Made by a program: the position numbers and the translations under genes. Shown piece by piece: positions 17,499-24,766 of a stretch of DNA of 32,000 bases. The stretch lies in contig NZ_LN831039.1 of the NCBI RefSeq assembly GCF_001457595.1, positions 300,001 through 332,000 of the forward strand. The letters run 5' to 3'. The notes under the pieces were generated by a model. That model worked only from the letters and a program-made list of their open reading frames with translations. It made no database searches and was not told where the DNA came from. Source of the DNA: Mycolicibacterium smegmatis (GTDB lineage: Bacteria > Actinomycetota > Actinomycetes > Mycobacteriales > Mycobacteriaceae). How positions within the stretch are numbered: the stretch's first letter is position 1; every line of letters starts with the position of its first letter.

Positions 17499-18154
17499 CA
17501 GTGTTCCTGCCCTTCGATCGCGCTCAGCACGGTGGTGATGTGATCGCGCGCCACCGTCACCTCATCGGTGCTGCCACCGATGTAGAGGCGTCCGGCCGCG
17601 CCGATCATCTGCACGTCGACCACGGTAAGCCCGGGAGCCACGCGCTCGGCCTCATTGGCCGCCACCGCCGCGAACAACGCCGGCGTCATCTCGTACACCA
17701 GCAGCGACTGCCCCGGCAGGATCATCGACGCCTGCCGGTTGCGGTTGAGGATGACCGCGTGCTGGTCGGTGATGTCGGTGATGATGTCGTGGAAGAGCAC
17801 GCGCGGGCGCAACTGGTCCTCGGCCCTGTTGCCCGTGCCCGCGAGGATCGCCTCGCCCGCGCGACGTACCTCGTCGAGGCTGGCCGAGTGGATCTCCAGT
17901 ACGCCGAACTGCCGCTCGACGTAGAGGATTCCGGGCTGGACGCCCGGCACCGCGCGCAGCGCCAGGTCGATCACGCGCTCGATCGCCAGTGCCGGGGACA
18001 CCTCGACGATCAGCGCGTGCTCGCCCTCGTACGGCGGATAGCCGCGGGCCCGGGTCGGGGTACCGAGGTAGGCCGCGAACTGCCGCTGCAGGTCTTCGAC
18101 CAGCAGGTAGACGCGGATCTGGGTACGGATCCTCTCGGTTTCCGGTGCGACCAT
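17498..18154 (-). CDS. Tandem BMC-domain shell protein (BMC-T type), copy 1
   Basis: 218 aa with two BMC-like halves (ALIVEVSPALAIERVIDLALRAV...VERQFGVLEIH and LLVYEMTPALFAAVAANEAERVAPGLTVVDVQMIGAAGRLYIGG). It is a paralog of the gene at 19255-19863. Confidence 0.9.
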   Translation of the reverse strand: MVAPETERIRTQIRVYLLVEDLQRQFAAYLGTPTRARGYPPYEGEHALIVEVSPALAIERVIDLALRAVPGVQPGILYVERQFGVLEIHSASLDEVRRAGEAILAGTGNRAEDQLRPRVLFHDIITDITDQHAVILNRNRQASMILPGQSLLVYEMTPALFAAVAANEAERVAPGLTVVDVQMIGAAGRLYIGGSTDEVTVARDHITTVLSAIEGQEH

Positions 18155-18156
18155 GG

Positions 18157-18438
18157 CTACTTGCTGGACACCGAGAAGTGCGCGCCCAGTTCGCTGTGCG
18201 GACGCGGGATGACATGCACGCTGACGAGTTCGCCGACCTGCGAGGCGGTTTCGGCGCCGGCCTCGGTCGCGGCCTTGACCGCGCCGACCTCACCCGTGAC
18301 GATCACCGCGACGAGTCCGTCGCCCACCTGCTGGCGGTCGGTGATGGTGACGTTGGCGGCCTTGACCATGGCGTCGGCAGCGGCCAGGGCGGCCACGTAA
18401 CCCTTGGTCTCGATCAATCCGATTGCGTTGCTGGACAT
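18157..18438 (-). CDS. BMC-H hexameric shell protein (PduA/EutM/CcmK-like)
   Basis: 93 aa. The sequence MSSNAIGLIETKGYVAALAAADAMVKAANVTI...GLVAVIVTGEVGAVKAATEAG is a canonical PF00936-type sequence. SD GGAGA lies upstream. Confidence 0.96.
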   Translation of the reverse strand: MSSNAIGLIETKGYVAALAAADAMVKAANVTITDRQQVGDGLVAVIVTGEVGAVKAATEAGAETASQVGELVSVHVIPRPHSELGAHFSVSSK

Positions 18439-18450
18439 GGGTTTATCTCC

Positions 18451-18714
18451 TTACTCGGCGGGGTTGCTATCTGATCTGGTGTCGATGGAGCCGATGATGA
18501 GGGCGTCGATCGGCGGTGGCGTCCCGGTGAACCAACTCGACGCCACCGAGCCCTGGGCGATCAGGACGTGTTCGCCCACGCCGCTGCCGAGGACGTCGAA
18601 GGCGATCATCCGGCTGCCGGTGCCCTCGACCTCGACCTCCAGGAACGCGCCGGCCGGGATGCCCTCGATCCGGCGCGTCGACCACACATTGCCGGTGACG
18701 GTCGCTCTCAACAC
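18451..18714 (-). CDS. BMC-P pentameric vertex protein (EutN/CcmL family)
   Basis: 87 aa. MLRATVTGNVWSTRRIEGIPAGAFLEVEV...VLIAQGSVASS is the typical EutN/CcmL pattern. GTG start at 18714, with AAGGAG 6 nt upstream. Confidence 0.93.
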   Translation of the reverse strand: MLRATVTGNVWSTRRIEGIPAGAFLEVEVEGTGSRMIAFDVLGSGVGEHVLIAQGSVASSWFTGTPPPIDALIIGSIDTRSDSNPAE

Positions 18715-18730
18715 GTTCGCTCCTTGATGG

Positions 18731-19258
18731 TCATCTGCGCTCCTTTTCGATCACGATTCCCAGCGTCCGGGCCTTCTCGCGGGCCAGCGGCGTGAGCACC
18801 GCGCGCGGGCCGAGCACCAGGGTGCCGCCGGCCAGGTCGGCGATGTGCCGTTCGGTGACGGCGCCGCTGTCGATCCGGTGCGTGACCTGCGCCTGTCCGT
18901 TCGCCATGGCCGCGCCCGATCCCGGAGCCAGCCGGAAGCGCAGCCGCCCGGCCTTGAGGTCGGCGCGTGTCTTGGGACTTTCGAAGAGCCGCAGAAGCTT
19001 CCGCACGAATGTGTCGAGATCCTTGTCGTCGGTCAGGCGCACGGTCTCGGTGCGGTTGCGTCCCTCGACGGCCCGTGGCCCCGTCGGTTCCAGGCCCATC
19101 TGGTCGGCGACGGTCGCACGTGGCGGGGGCGCAGGCGGGGCCGGCTTCGATGCCTGATTCGACGCCTGCGCCGACGAGGAGTTCAGGCTGCCCACGGCCT
19201 CGCGCACGACTTCCCGTACCAGGGCGCGCAATTCCTCACGCGTGATGCCCATGCTCAC
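18731..19258 (-). CDS. BMC-associated protein of unknown function (amphipathic N-terminal helix, Pro/Ala linker, C-terminal globular region)
   Basis: 175 aa with good GC3 bias. The start is GTG 19258 (a GTGA overlap with the upstream stop) or ATG 19252. N-terminus is ITREELRALVREVVREAV, followed by SKPAPPAPPPR. The C-terminus carries AVTERHIADLAGGTLVLGPRAVLTPLAREKARTLGIVIE. I cannot assign a family. Confidence 0.75.
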   Translation of the reverse strand: MSMGITREELRALVREVVREAVGSLNSSSAQASNQASKPAPPAPPPRATVADQMGLEPTGPRAVEGRNRTETVRLTDDKDLDTFVRKLLRLFESPKTRADLKAGRLRFRLAPGSGAAMANGQAQVTHRIDSGAVTERHIADLAGGTLVLGPRAVLTPLAREKARTLGIVIEKERR

Positions 19259-19863
19259 GCACCCTGCAGGACGGCGAGCGCGTCACGCGCGGCGTCGGCG
19301 GCCTGGCGGACGTCGGCCTCGGTTCCTGAGAGGTACACGCGACCGGTGGCGCCGATCATGCGGAAGTCCACAACTTTGACGTCGGCGGCCTTCTCGGCCT
19401 CGTTGGTGGCGAGGATGGCGTACGACGCCGGGGCCACCTCGAGCACGAACAGCGATTCACCGGGGAGCACCATCGATCCGATCTTGTTGCGGTTGATCAG
19501 GAATGCGTGCTGGTGGTCGATGCTGGAGATGATGCGTGACGCCAGGATCTCGGGCCGTACCGCGGCGTCGGGATCGCCGCCCAGGTAGTCCAGCGCGGCG
19601 TCGGCGGCGGCCTTCACCGCGCCGGTCTCACCGTGGAACTCCAGATAGCCGAACTGGCGCTCGACCACCAGGATCCCGGCCTTCACCTCGGCGTGCTTGA
19701 GGGCGACGTCGGTGACACCCTCGATGTCGAGTCCCGGTGCCACCTCGATGATCTGGGCGGCCATGTTCGCGCGGGGCAGCGCACCCTTGATCCAGGTGCC
19801 CAGGTACGACATCGTCTGCGGCTGGAGCCGGTCGATGAAGATGAAGGAACGTAGTTCTGCCAC
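19255..19863 (-). CDS. Tandem BMC-domain shell protein (BMC-T type), copy 2
   Basis: GTG at 19863 is preceded by AAGAGGTGA. 202 aa. The halves QIIEVAPGLDIEGVTDVALKHAEVKAGILVVERQFGYLEFHG and LFVLEVAPASYAILATNEAEKAADVKVVDFRMIGATGRVYLSG align with copy 1. Confidence 0.9.
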   Translation of the reverse strand: MAELRSFIFIDRLQPQTMSYLGTWIKGALPRANMAAQIIEVAPGLDIEGVTDVALKHAEVKAGILVVERQFGYLEFHGETGAVKAAADAALDYLGGDPDAAVRPEILASRIISSIDHQHAFLINRNKIGSMVLPGESLFVLEVAPASYAILATNEAEKAADVKVVDFRMIGATGRVYLSGTEADVRQAADAARDALAVLQGA

Positions 19864-19871
19864 TTTGGGGG

Positions 19872-21455
19872 TCACCTCTTGATCAGTTGGGCGAGTTCTT
19901 CGACGACCAGCGCGCGTAGTTCGGCGCGCAGCGCGTCCAGGTTGACGTCCGTTGTGCGCGAGGGGCTCTGGTAGGAGCGCTGCGGAGCCGCCTGGATCAC
20001 GGCGCCGTCGCGGTCGTTGGAGGCGCGCGGATACGCCGGTACCGGCCCGGCGGGCGCACGCCACGGATCGATTCCGGTGAAGTTGCCCATCACGACGCCC
20101 GGGTCACTGTTGTAGGCGATGCGGGTCCAGTTCACGAGGTTGTGCGGCTGCAGGTTCTCACCGATGGAACTGCGGCCCACGAAACCGGTGCCGATGGTCA
20201 TCGACGGGGCGAGGTTGGTGTCCAGGCCCGCGCTGCCGGTGCTGTTGCCGACGTTGACCGAGACCCGGAGCACGGGGACCTGTGCCGCGAAATCGGTGAT
20301 CACTGCGGGGTTTTCGCTGTGGATGGCGGCCGAGTGCCCGGCGCCGCCGATCCGCACCACCGCGCGGGCCGCCCGGATGCCGCGCGCGGCGTCGGCCACA
20401 GTGGTCATGCCGAGCACCGGGGACAGCTTCTCGTGGGCCAGCATCTCCTCGGCGATCACGTGGTCGAACGGTGCGATCAGCACGCGCGTCTTGGGTGTGA
20501 CCCGCAACCCGGCCTGACCGGCGATCCACGCGGCGTCGCGCCCGACCACGTCGGTGTTGAGGTGACCGTCGGCGAACATGTACGCGCGCAGCCGCCGGGC
20601 CCCGTCCTCGTCGAGGATGTGGGCGCCCGCGCGGGTGAGCGCGGCGCGGAGTTTGTCGGCGACGGCGTCCTCGGCGATCAGCACGGATTCGTTGGTGCAC
20701 AGCACCGAGTTGTCGAAGGCCTTGCTGTCGACGATGCGCTGCGCGGCGGCGGCGACATCGGCGCTCGCGTCGACGAGGACGGGGACATTGCCCGGTCCGA
20801 CGCCCAGTGCTGGGTTGCCCGACGAGTACGCCGCGCGCACCACGGCGGTGCCGCCGGTCGCGACGATGACGTCGGTGCGCTCGTCGGCCATGAGGGCCTG
20901 CACCAGCGGGATGGACGGCTCGTCGATCACCTGCACCACGCCGTCGGGCGCCCCCGCCGCCACCGCGGCCTCGGCCAGCACACGGGCGGCCTCGGCCGAA
21001 CACCGCGCCGCACGCGGGTGCGGCGCGACCACCACGGCGTTGCGGGTCATCAGCGCCAGAATCGTCTTGAAGTACACCGTGGCAACGGGATTGGTGGTGG
21101 GCGTCAGCGCCAGGACCACGCCCGCCGGCCGCGGGAGTTCGACGATCTTGCGGTCCGGATCGACCCGGGGGGAGATGTAGTCGTGCCCGCGGTAGTACTC
21201 GACGATTCCCCTCGAACACGCCCGGTTCTTGCGGACCTTGTCCGCGACCACGCCCATGCCGGTCTCGGCCACCGCGTCGGCGGCGAACCGCTCGGCATGA
21301 GCGTGTGCGGCCTCGGCCACGGCTGCGACGATGCCCTCGACCGTCGCCGCGTCGTACTCGCCGTAGGCCGCAGCGGCCCAGCGCGCACGCTCGAGCATGT
21401 GGCCGGCCCGCGCGGTGTCGACTGCGCTGCGCCGGTCTTGGATCACTTCGCTCAC
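19872..21455 (-). CDS. CoA-acylating aldehyde dehydrogenase (EutE/PduP-like) with a C-terminal extension
   Basis: GTG at 21455 forms a GTGA overlap with the aminotransferase stop, and GGAGGAA lies upstream. 527 aa. It has the catalytic-Cys context FDNSVLCTNES. A ~70-aa Pro-rich tail ends in the helix NLDALRAELRALVVEELAQLIKR. The track ORF extends artefactually to 21881. Confidence 0.9.
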   Translation of the reverse strand: MSEVIQDRRSAVDTARAGHMLERARWAAAAYGEYDAATVEGIVAAVAEAAHAHAERFAADAVAETGMGVVADKVRKNRACSRGIVEYYRGHDYISPRVDPDRKIVELPRPAGVVLALTPTTNPVATVYFKTILALMTRNAVVVAPHPRAARCSAEAARVLAEAAVAAGAPDGVVQVIDEPSIPLVQALMADERTDVIVATGGTAVVRAAYSSGNPALGVGPGNVPVLVDASADVAAAAQRIVDSKAFDNSVLCTNESVLIAEDAVADKLRAALTRAGAHILDEDGARRLRAYMFADGHLNTDVVGRDAAWIAGQAGLRVTPKTRVLIAPFDHVIAEEMLAHEKLSPVLGMTTVADAARGIRAARAVVRIGGAGHSAAIHSENPAVITDFAAQVPVLRVSVNVGNSTGSAGLDTNLAPSMTIGTGFVGRSSIGENLQPHNLVNWTRIAYNSDPGVVMGNFTGIDPWRAPAGPVPAYPRASNDRDGAVIQAAPQRSYQSPSRTTDVNLDALRAELRALVVEELAQLIKR

Positions 21456-22732
21456 CCGTTCCTCCGTCCGGTGACAGTCGCCCGCGCCCGGCCCACCGCG
21501 ACCTCGAGGCGGTCCAGCACGTCCTCGCAGAGCTCGCGGGACAGCAGCAGGCCCGGTTTGAACTGCAGTACACGGGGATCCAGCGTCGAGAAGATCGCCC
21601 ACACCCCGTTCTCGTAGAGTTCGCGCATCACGAACTTGGCGCCTTCGGGGTGGTCGAACTCGAGTCCGATCACCACCCCGTTCTGCCGGATGCCGACGAA
21701 CCAGTCCGGGTAGTCGGCCTGGATGCGCCGCAACCCGGTGTCGAAGATGTCGGCGATGTAGTGCACCATCGAGCGCACCTCGGGCCGGGTGCAGATCTCC
21801 AGCGTCTTGATCGCCGCGACACAGCCGAGTTCGGCCCCACCGAAGGTGGAGATGTGGCCGAACCCGTCCTGGTCGAGCCACCGCGCGGCCCGCTCACCGA
21901 GCAGCACCGCCGAGATGGGGTACATGCCGCCCGAAAGGCCCTTGCCCGTCACGATGATGTCCGGGTCGATGCCGTGCTTGGTGATGCCCCACAGCTCGCC
22001 CGTGCGCATCAGCCCGGTCTGCACCTCGTCGGCGATGTAGAGCGTGCCGTGCCTCTCGGTCAGCGCCTTGACGGCTTCGAGGTAACCCGGTGGGGGAAGC
22101 GGGAATCCGTAGGTCGCGGGGATGGTCTCCATGATCACCGCGGCCACGTCGCCGCCGGCGAGTGCGGCCTCCATGGCACCGATGTCACCGAAGGGCACCT
22201 GGATGAACTCGTCGGGCCGGTCGGCGAGGAACAGTTTGGCGAACCGGTCGTCGCCGGTGGCGACCGCCAGGCCGGTGTGCCCGTGGTAGGCCTTGATGAC
22301 CGAGACGATCTTGCGGCGCTGGGTTCCGTGGCGCGCGCTCTTGAGTGCGATGTCGATGGCCTCGCCGCCGCCGGAACCGAACGCGACCTTCTTGATGGAC
22401 GCGGGCGCGGTTTCCACGAGGCGCTTGGCGAGTGCGGTCCTGGCAACCGACGGGAAGTGGTGGTTGCCGACGTCGAAGTGCGCCATGCCTTCCGAGATCG
22501 CCTGCATCACTTCGGGATTGCGGTGACCGATGTTGTAGGTGCCGCCGTTGAGGTGGAGGTCGATGAGCCGGCGTCCGCTCATGTCCCACAGGAAGTACCC
22601 CTCCCGGCGGTCGATCACCAGATCGACGCCGGAGTCGGTCCAGAACTGGGTCTTGTCCGGATTCCAGAACGCCTTGGCCTGGTCCAGCACATCGGCTTTG
22701 GACGCGAACGCGAACGTGCCGTAGTCGTACAT
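21452..22732 (-). CDS. Class III PLP aminotransferase-fold enzyme (probable aminopropanol-phosphate phospho-lyase)
   Basis: 426 aa. PLP-lysine context DIIVTGKGLSGG. The fold is class III aminotransferase throughout. SD AAGAGGGAG lies upstream of ATG 22732. It is the first gene of the BMC operon. The lyase role is inferred from knowledge of the RMM pathway. Confidence 0.9.
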   Translation of the reverse strand: MYDYGTFAFASKADVLDQAKAFWNPDKTQFWTDSGVDLVIDRREGYFLWDMSGRRLIDLHLNGGTYNIGHRNPEVMQAISEGMAHFDVGNHHFPSVARTALAKRLVETAPASIKKVAFGSGGGEAIDIALKSARHGTQRRKIVSVIKAYHGHTGLAVATGDDRFAKLFLADRPDEFIQVPFGDIGAMEAALAGGDVAAVIMETIPATYGFPLPPPGYLEAVKALTERHGTLYIADEVQTGLMRTGELWGITKHGIDPDIIVTGKGLSGGMYPISAVLLGERAARWLDQDGFGHISTFGGAELGCVAAIKTLEICTRPEVRSMVHYIADIFDTGLRRIQADYPDWFVGIRQNGVVIGLEFDHPEGAKFVMRELYENGVWAIFSTLDPRVLQFKPGLLLSRELCEDVLDRLEVAVGRARATVTGRRNG

Positions 22733-22746
22733 GCGGCTCCCTCTTG

Positions 22747-22761
22747 AGCTACCGGGTAGCT
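22747..22761 (-). promoter_or_regulatory. 15-nt perfect palindrome AGCTACC-G-GGTAGCT in the predicted 5' UTR of the BMC operon
   Basis: Read directly from the sequence. It lies between the predicted transcription start (about 22767) and the SD (about 22737-22745). Confidence 0.35.
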
Positions 22762-22773
22762 GTGATGGCCCTC

Positions 22774-22803
22774 ACCGTAAAAGGTTGCAACCATTTCTGT
22801 CAA
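22774..22803 (-). promoter_or_regulatory. Candidate sigma-A-type promoter of the BMC operon, with the palindrome GGTTGCAACC in its spacer
   Basis: The minus strand reads TTGACA (22803-22798), an 18-nt spacer, then TACGGT (22779-22774, fits TANNNT). The perfect 10-bp palindrome GGTTGCAACC (22783-22792) lies wholly inside the spacer. It extends to a near-palindrome at 22779-22796. Confidence 0.5.
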
Positions 22804-22830
22804 TGGTGTGAAGAACCTCTTGCATCTGAG

Positions 22831-22852
22831 ATTTGGTAGTGCCAATATACGT
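22831..22852 (-). promoter_or_regulatory. Second copy of the ATTGGCnnTACCAA motif, with an overlapping -10-like TATATT
   Basis: The minus strand reads ACGTATATTGGCACTACCAAAT. The core at 22833-22846 matches 15649-15662 at 12 of 14 positions. TATATT is at 22849-22844. The site lies 101-114 bp upstream of the operon ATG and 71-84 bp upstream of the permease ATG. Confidence 0.4.
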
Positions 22853-22916
22853 ACGGTTCAAGATGTGGTCCACGCCACACCTGGCCTACACTGTAACCTG
22901 GAAGGTAAGCCGCTAG

Positions 22917-24452
22917 ATGACCGAACAATCCGTCGCTGGTAGCGAAAACGCAGCTCACGACATACAACGCCTCAAGCGGAACGCCGTCGGCACCGTCGGG
23001 GTGATCTTCATGGCGGTGGCCACCGCCGCCCCGATCACCGCAATGGTCGGCAACGTTCCGATCGCCGTCGGTTTCGGAAATGGTTCACACGCTCCCGCGG
23101 GCTACTTCGTCGCCACGGTGGTTCTGGGCCTGTTCGCCATCGGCTACGCGACGATGGCCAAGCACATCACCGCCACCGGCGCGTTCTACGGGTACATCTC
23201 CCATGGTCTCGGGCGCATCGTCGGTATGGCCGCAGGCGGTCTCATCACGATGGCCTACGTCGTGTTCGAGGCCTCGCTGATCGGTATCTTCTCGTTCTTC
23301 TTCCAGAACTTCCTGGACTCCCAGCTCGGCATCCACATCCACTGGATCATCCCGGCCCTGCTGATGCTGGCCACCAACGCGATCCTGACGTACTTCGACG
23401 TCAACCTGACCGCCAAGGTGCTGGGCGTGTTCCTGGTGACCGAGATCGTCATGCTCGCCCTCGGTGCGGTGGCGGTGCTGTTCCGCGGCGGTGGACCCGA
23501 CGGGTTCGCGGTCAATGAGATCCTCAATCCCGCAGGAGCATTCAGTCCCGCAGCCGGCATCGTCGGTGCGAGCGCCGGACTCGGTCTGTTCTTCGCGTTC
23601 TGGTCGTGGGTCGGATTCGAGTCGACGGCCATGTACGGCGAGGAATCACGCAACCCCAAGCGGATCATCCCCCGCGCCACCATGATCGCCGTCCTCGGCG
23701 TCGGCGTGTTCTACGTGTTCATCTCCTGGATGGCCATCGCGGGAACCGGTCCGCAGCAGTCGATCGAGCTCGCGCAGGACGCCAACACGGCGTCGGAGAT
23801 CTTCTTCGCGCCCGTCCGTGACACCTACGGCGAGTGGGCCATCACGGTGTTCAACATCCTGCTGGTCACGGGATCGTTCGCGTGCGGCATGGCGTTCCAC
23901 AACTGCGCGTCGCGGTATCTGTACGCGCTCGGCCGTGAGGGCCTGTCGCGGGGTCTGCAGAAGACCCTGGGCGCCACGCATCCCACCCACGGGTCGCCGT
24001 ACATCGCGTCGTTCGTGCAGTCCGCCATCGCACTGGTGATCGTGTTGTCGTTCCTGTTCGCGGGCATGGATCCGTACGTGCACATGTACACGCTGCTGGC
24101 GATCCTCGGGACCATGGCCATCCTGATCGTGCAGTCGCTGTGCGCGTTCTCGGTGATCAGTTACTTCCACATCCACAAGAACCATCCGGAGTCCAAGCAC
24201 TGGTTCAAGACACTCGTCGCGCCCGGCCTCGGCGGTCTCGGCATGCTGTATGTCGTGTACCTGCTGTGGGAGCACAAGGACACCGCGGCCGGAACCGCCT
24301 CGGGCACACTGCTGTTCAAGCTCACACCGTGGATCGTGGTGAGTGTGTTCGTGCTCGGCGCGGCCCTGGCCACCTACTTCAAGCTGCGGGACCCCCGCCG
24401 CTACGGGTTGATCGGCCGCATCGTCTACGACGAAGCCGTCGAACGCGACTAG
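22917..24452 (+). CDS. APC-superfamily amino acid/amine permease
   Basis: 511 aa, about 12 hydrophobic segments, with an APC-like N-terminal region (LKRNAVGTVGVIFMAVATAAPITAM). It is divergent from the BMC operon and is a plausible substrate importer. Confidence 0.92.
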   Translation: MTEQSVAGSENAAHDIQRLKRNAVGTVGVIFMAVATAAPITAMVGNVPIAVGFGNGSHAPAGYFVATVVLGLFAIGYATMAKHITATGAFYGYISHGLGRIVGMAAGGLITMAYVVFEASLIGIFSFFFQNFLDSQLGIHIHWIIPALLMLATNAILTYFDVNLTAKVLGVFLVTEIVMLALGAVAVLFRGGGPDGFAVNEILNPAGAFSPAAGIVGASAGLGLFFAFWSWVGFESTAMYGEESRNPKRIIPRATMIAVLGVGVFYVFISWMAIAGTGPQQSIELAQDANTASEIFFAPVRDTYGEWAITVFNILLVTGSFACGMAFHNCASRYLYALGREGLSRGLQKTLGATHPTHGSPYIASFVQSAIALVIVLSFLFAGMDPYVHMYTLLAILGTMAILIVQSLCAFSVISYFHIHKNHPESKHWFKTLVAPGLGGLGMLYVVYLLWEHKDTAAGTASGTLLFKLTPWIVVSVFVLGAALATYFKLRDPRRYGLIGRIVYDEAVERD

Positions 24453-24469
24453 ACGGAAAGTGACGGACG

Positions 24470-24766
24470 GTGGATTCCTACGACCGTGACGTCATGCGGT
24501 TCGTCCTCGCGTGGGCTCCCTTCGGGGGTCCACGCGAGGACGACGTCTGGGTCTCGTTCGGCGTGTCGGTCGGGCAACTTGGTGAGAGGTTCGCCGATGC
24601 GGTCATGCGCTGCCGTCTGCGCGCCGCGGCGCTGTCCGATCCCGACCGGGATCTGCTCGCCCGCGCAGGGGCGCATCTGCGTGATCTGCAGCAGTTGTGT
24701 GCCGCGACGGAATCAGGTGAGCGCACGCTTGAGGAACGCGCATTGCGCGTTCCGAAAGGCGCGTGA
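24470..24766 (+). CDS. Small DUF3263-like protein (tentative)
   Basis: 98 aa from GTG 24470. GC3 is strongly biased. DRDVMRFVLAWAPFGGPREDDVWVSFGVSVGQLGERF resembles the DUF3263 pattern. The 3' end overlaps the convergent esterase gene by 54 bp, so the true extent is uncertain. Confidence 0.45.
   Translation: MDSYDRDVMRFVLAWAPFGGPREDDVWVSFGVSVGQLGERFADAVMRCRLRAAALSDPDRDLLARAGAHLRDLQQLCAATESGERTLEERALRVPKGA

Noticed and set aside
20119-22747. ORFs 20142..21617 (+), 20158..21573 (-, alternate frame), 21305..22747 (+), and the 5' extension of the ALDH ORF to 21881.
   Set aside because: The ALDH frame has a catalytic-Cys context and a GTG start with a GGAGGAA SD at 21455. The extension beyond it runs through the aminotransferase gene in another frame. 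The other ORFs are shadow frames.
22747-22761. Similarity between the BMC 5'-UTR palindrome (AGCTAC-cgg-GTAGCT) and the TetR operators at 29856-29899 (GCTAC-N5-GTAGC).
   Set aside because: The arms are alike but the spacing differs (3 nt versus 5 nt). The shared arm is only 5-6 bp, so chance resemblance is the simpler explanation. There is no reason to link the TetR protein to the BMC operon.
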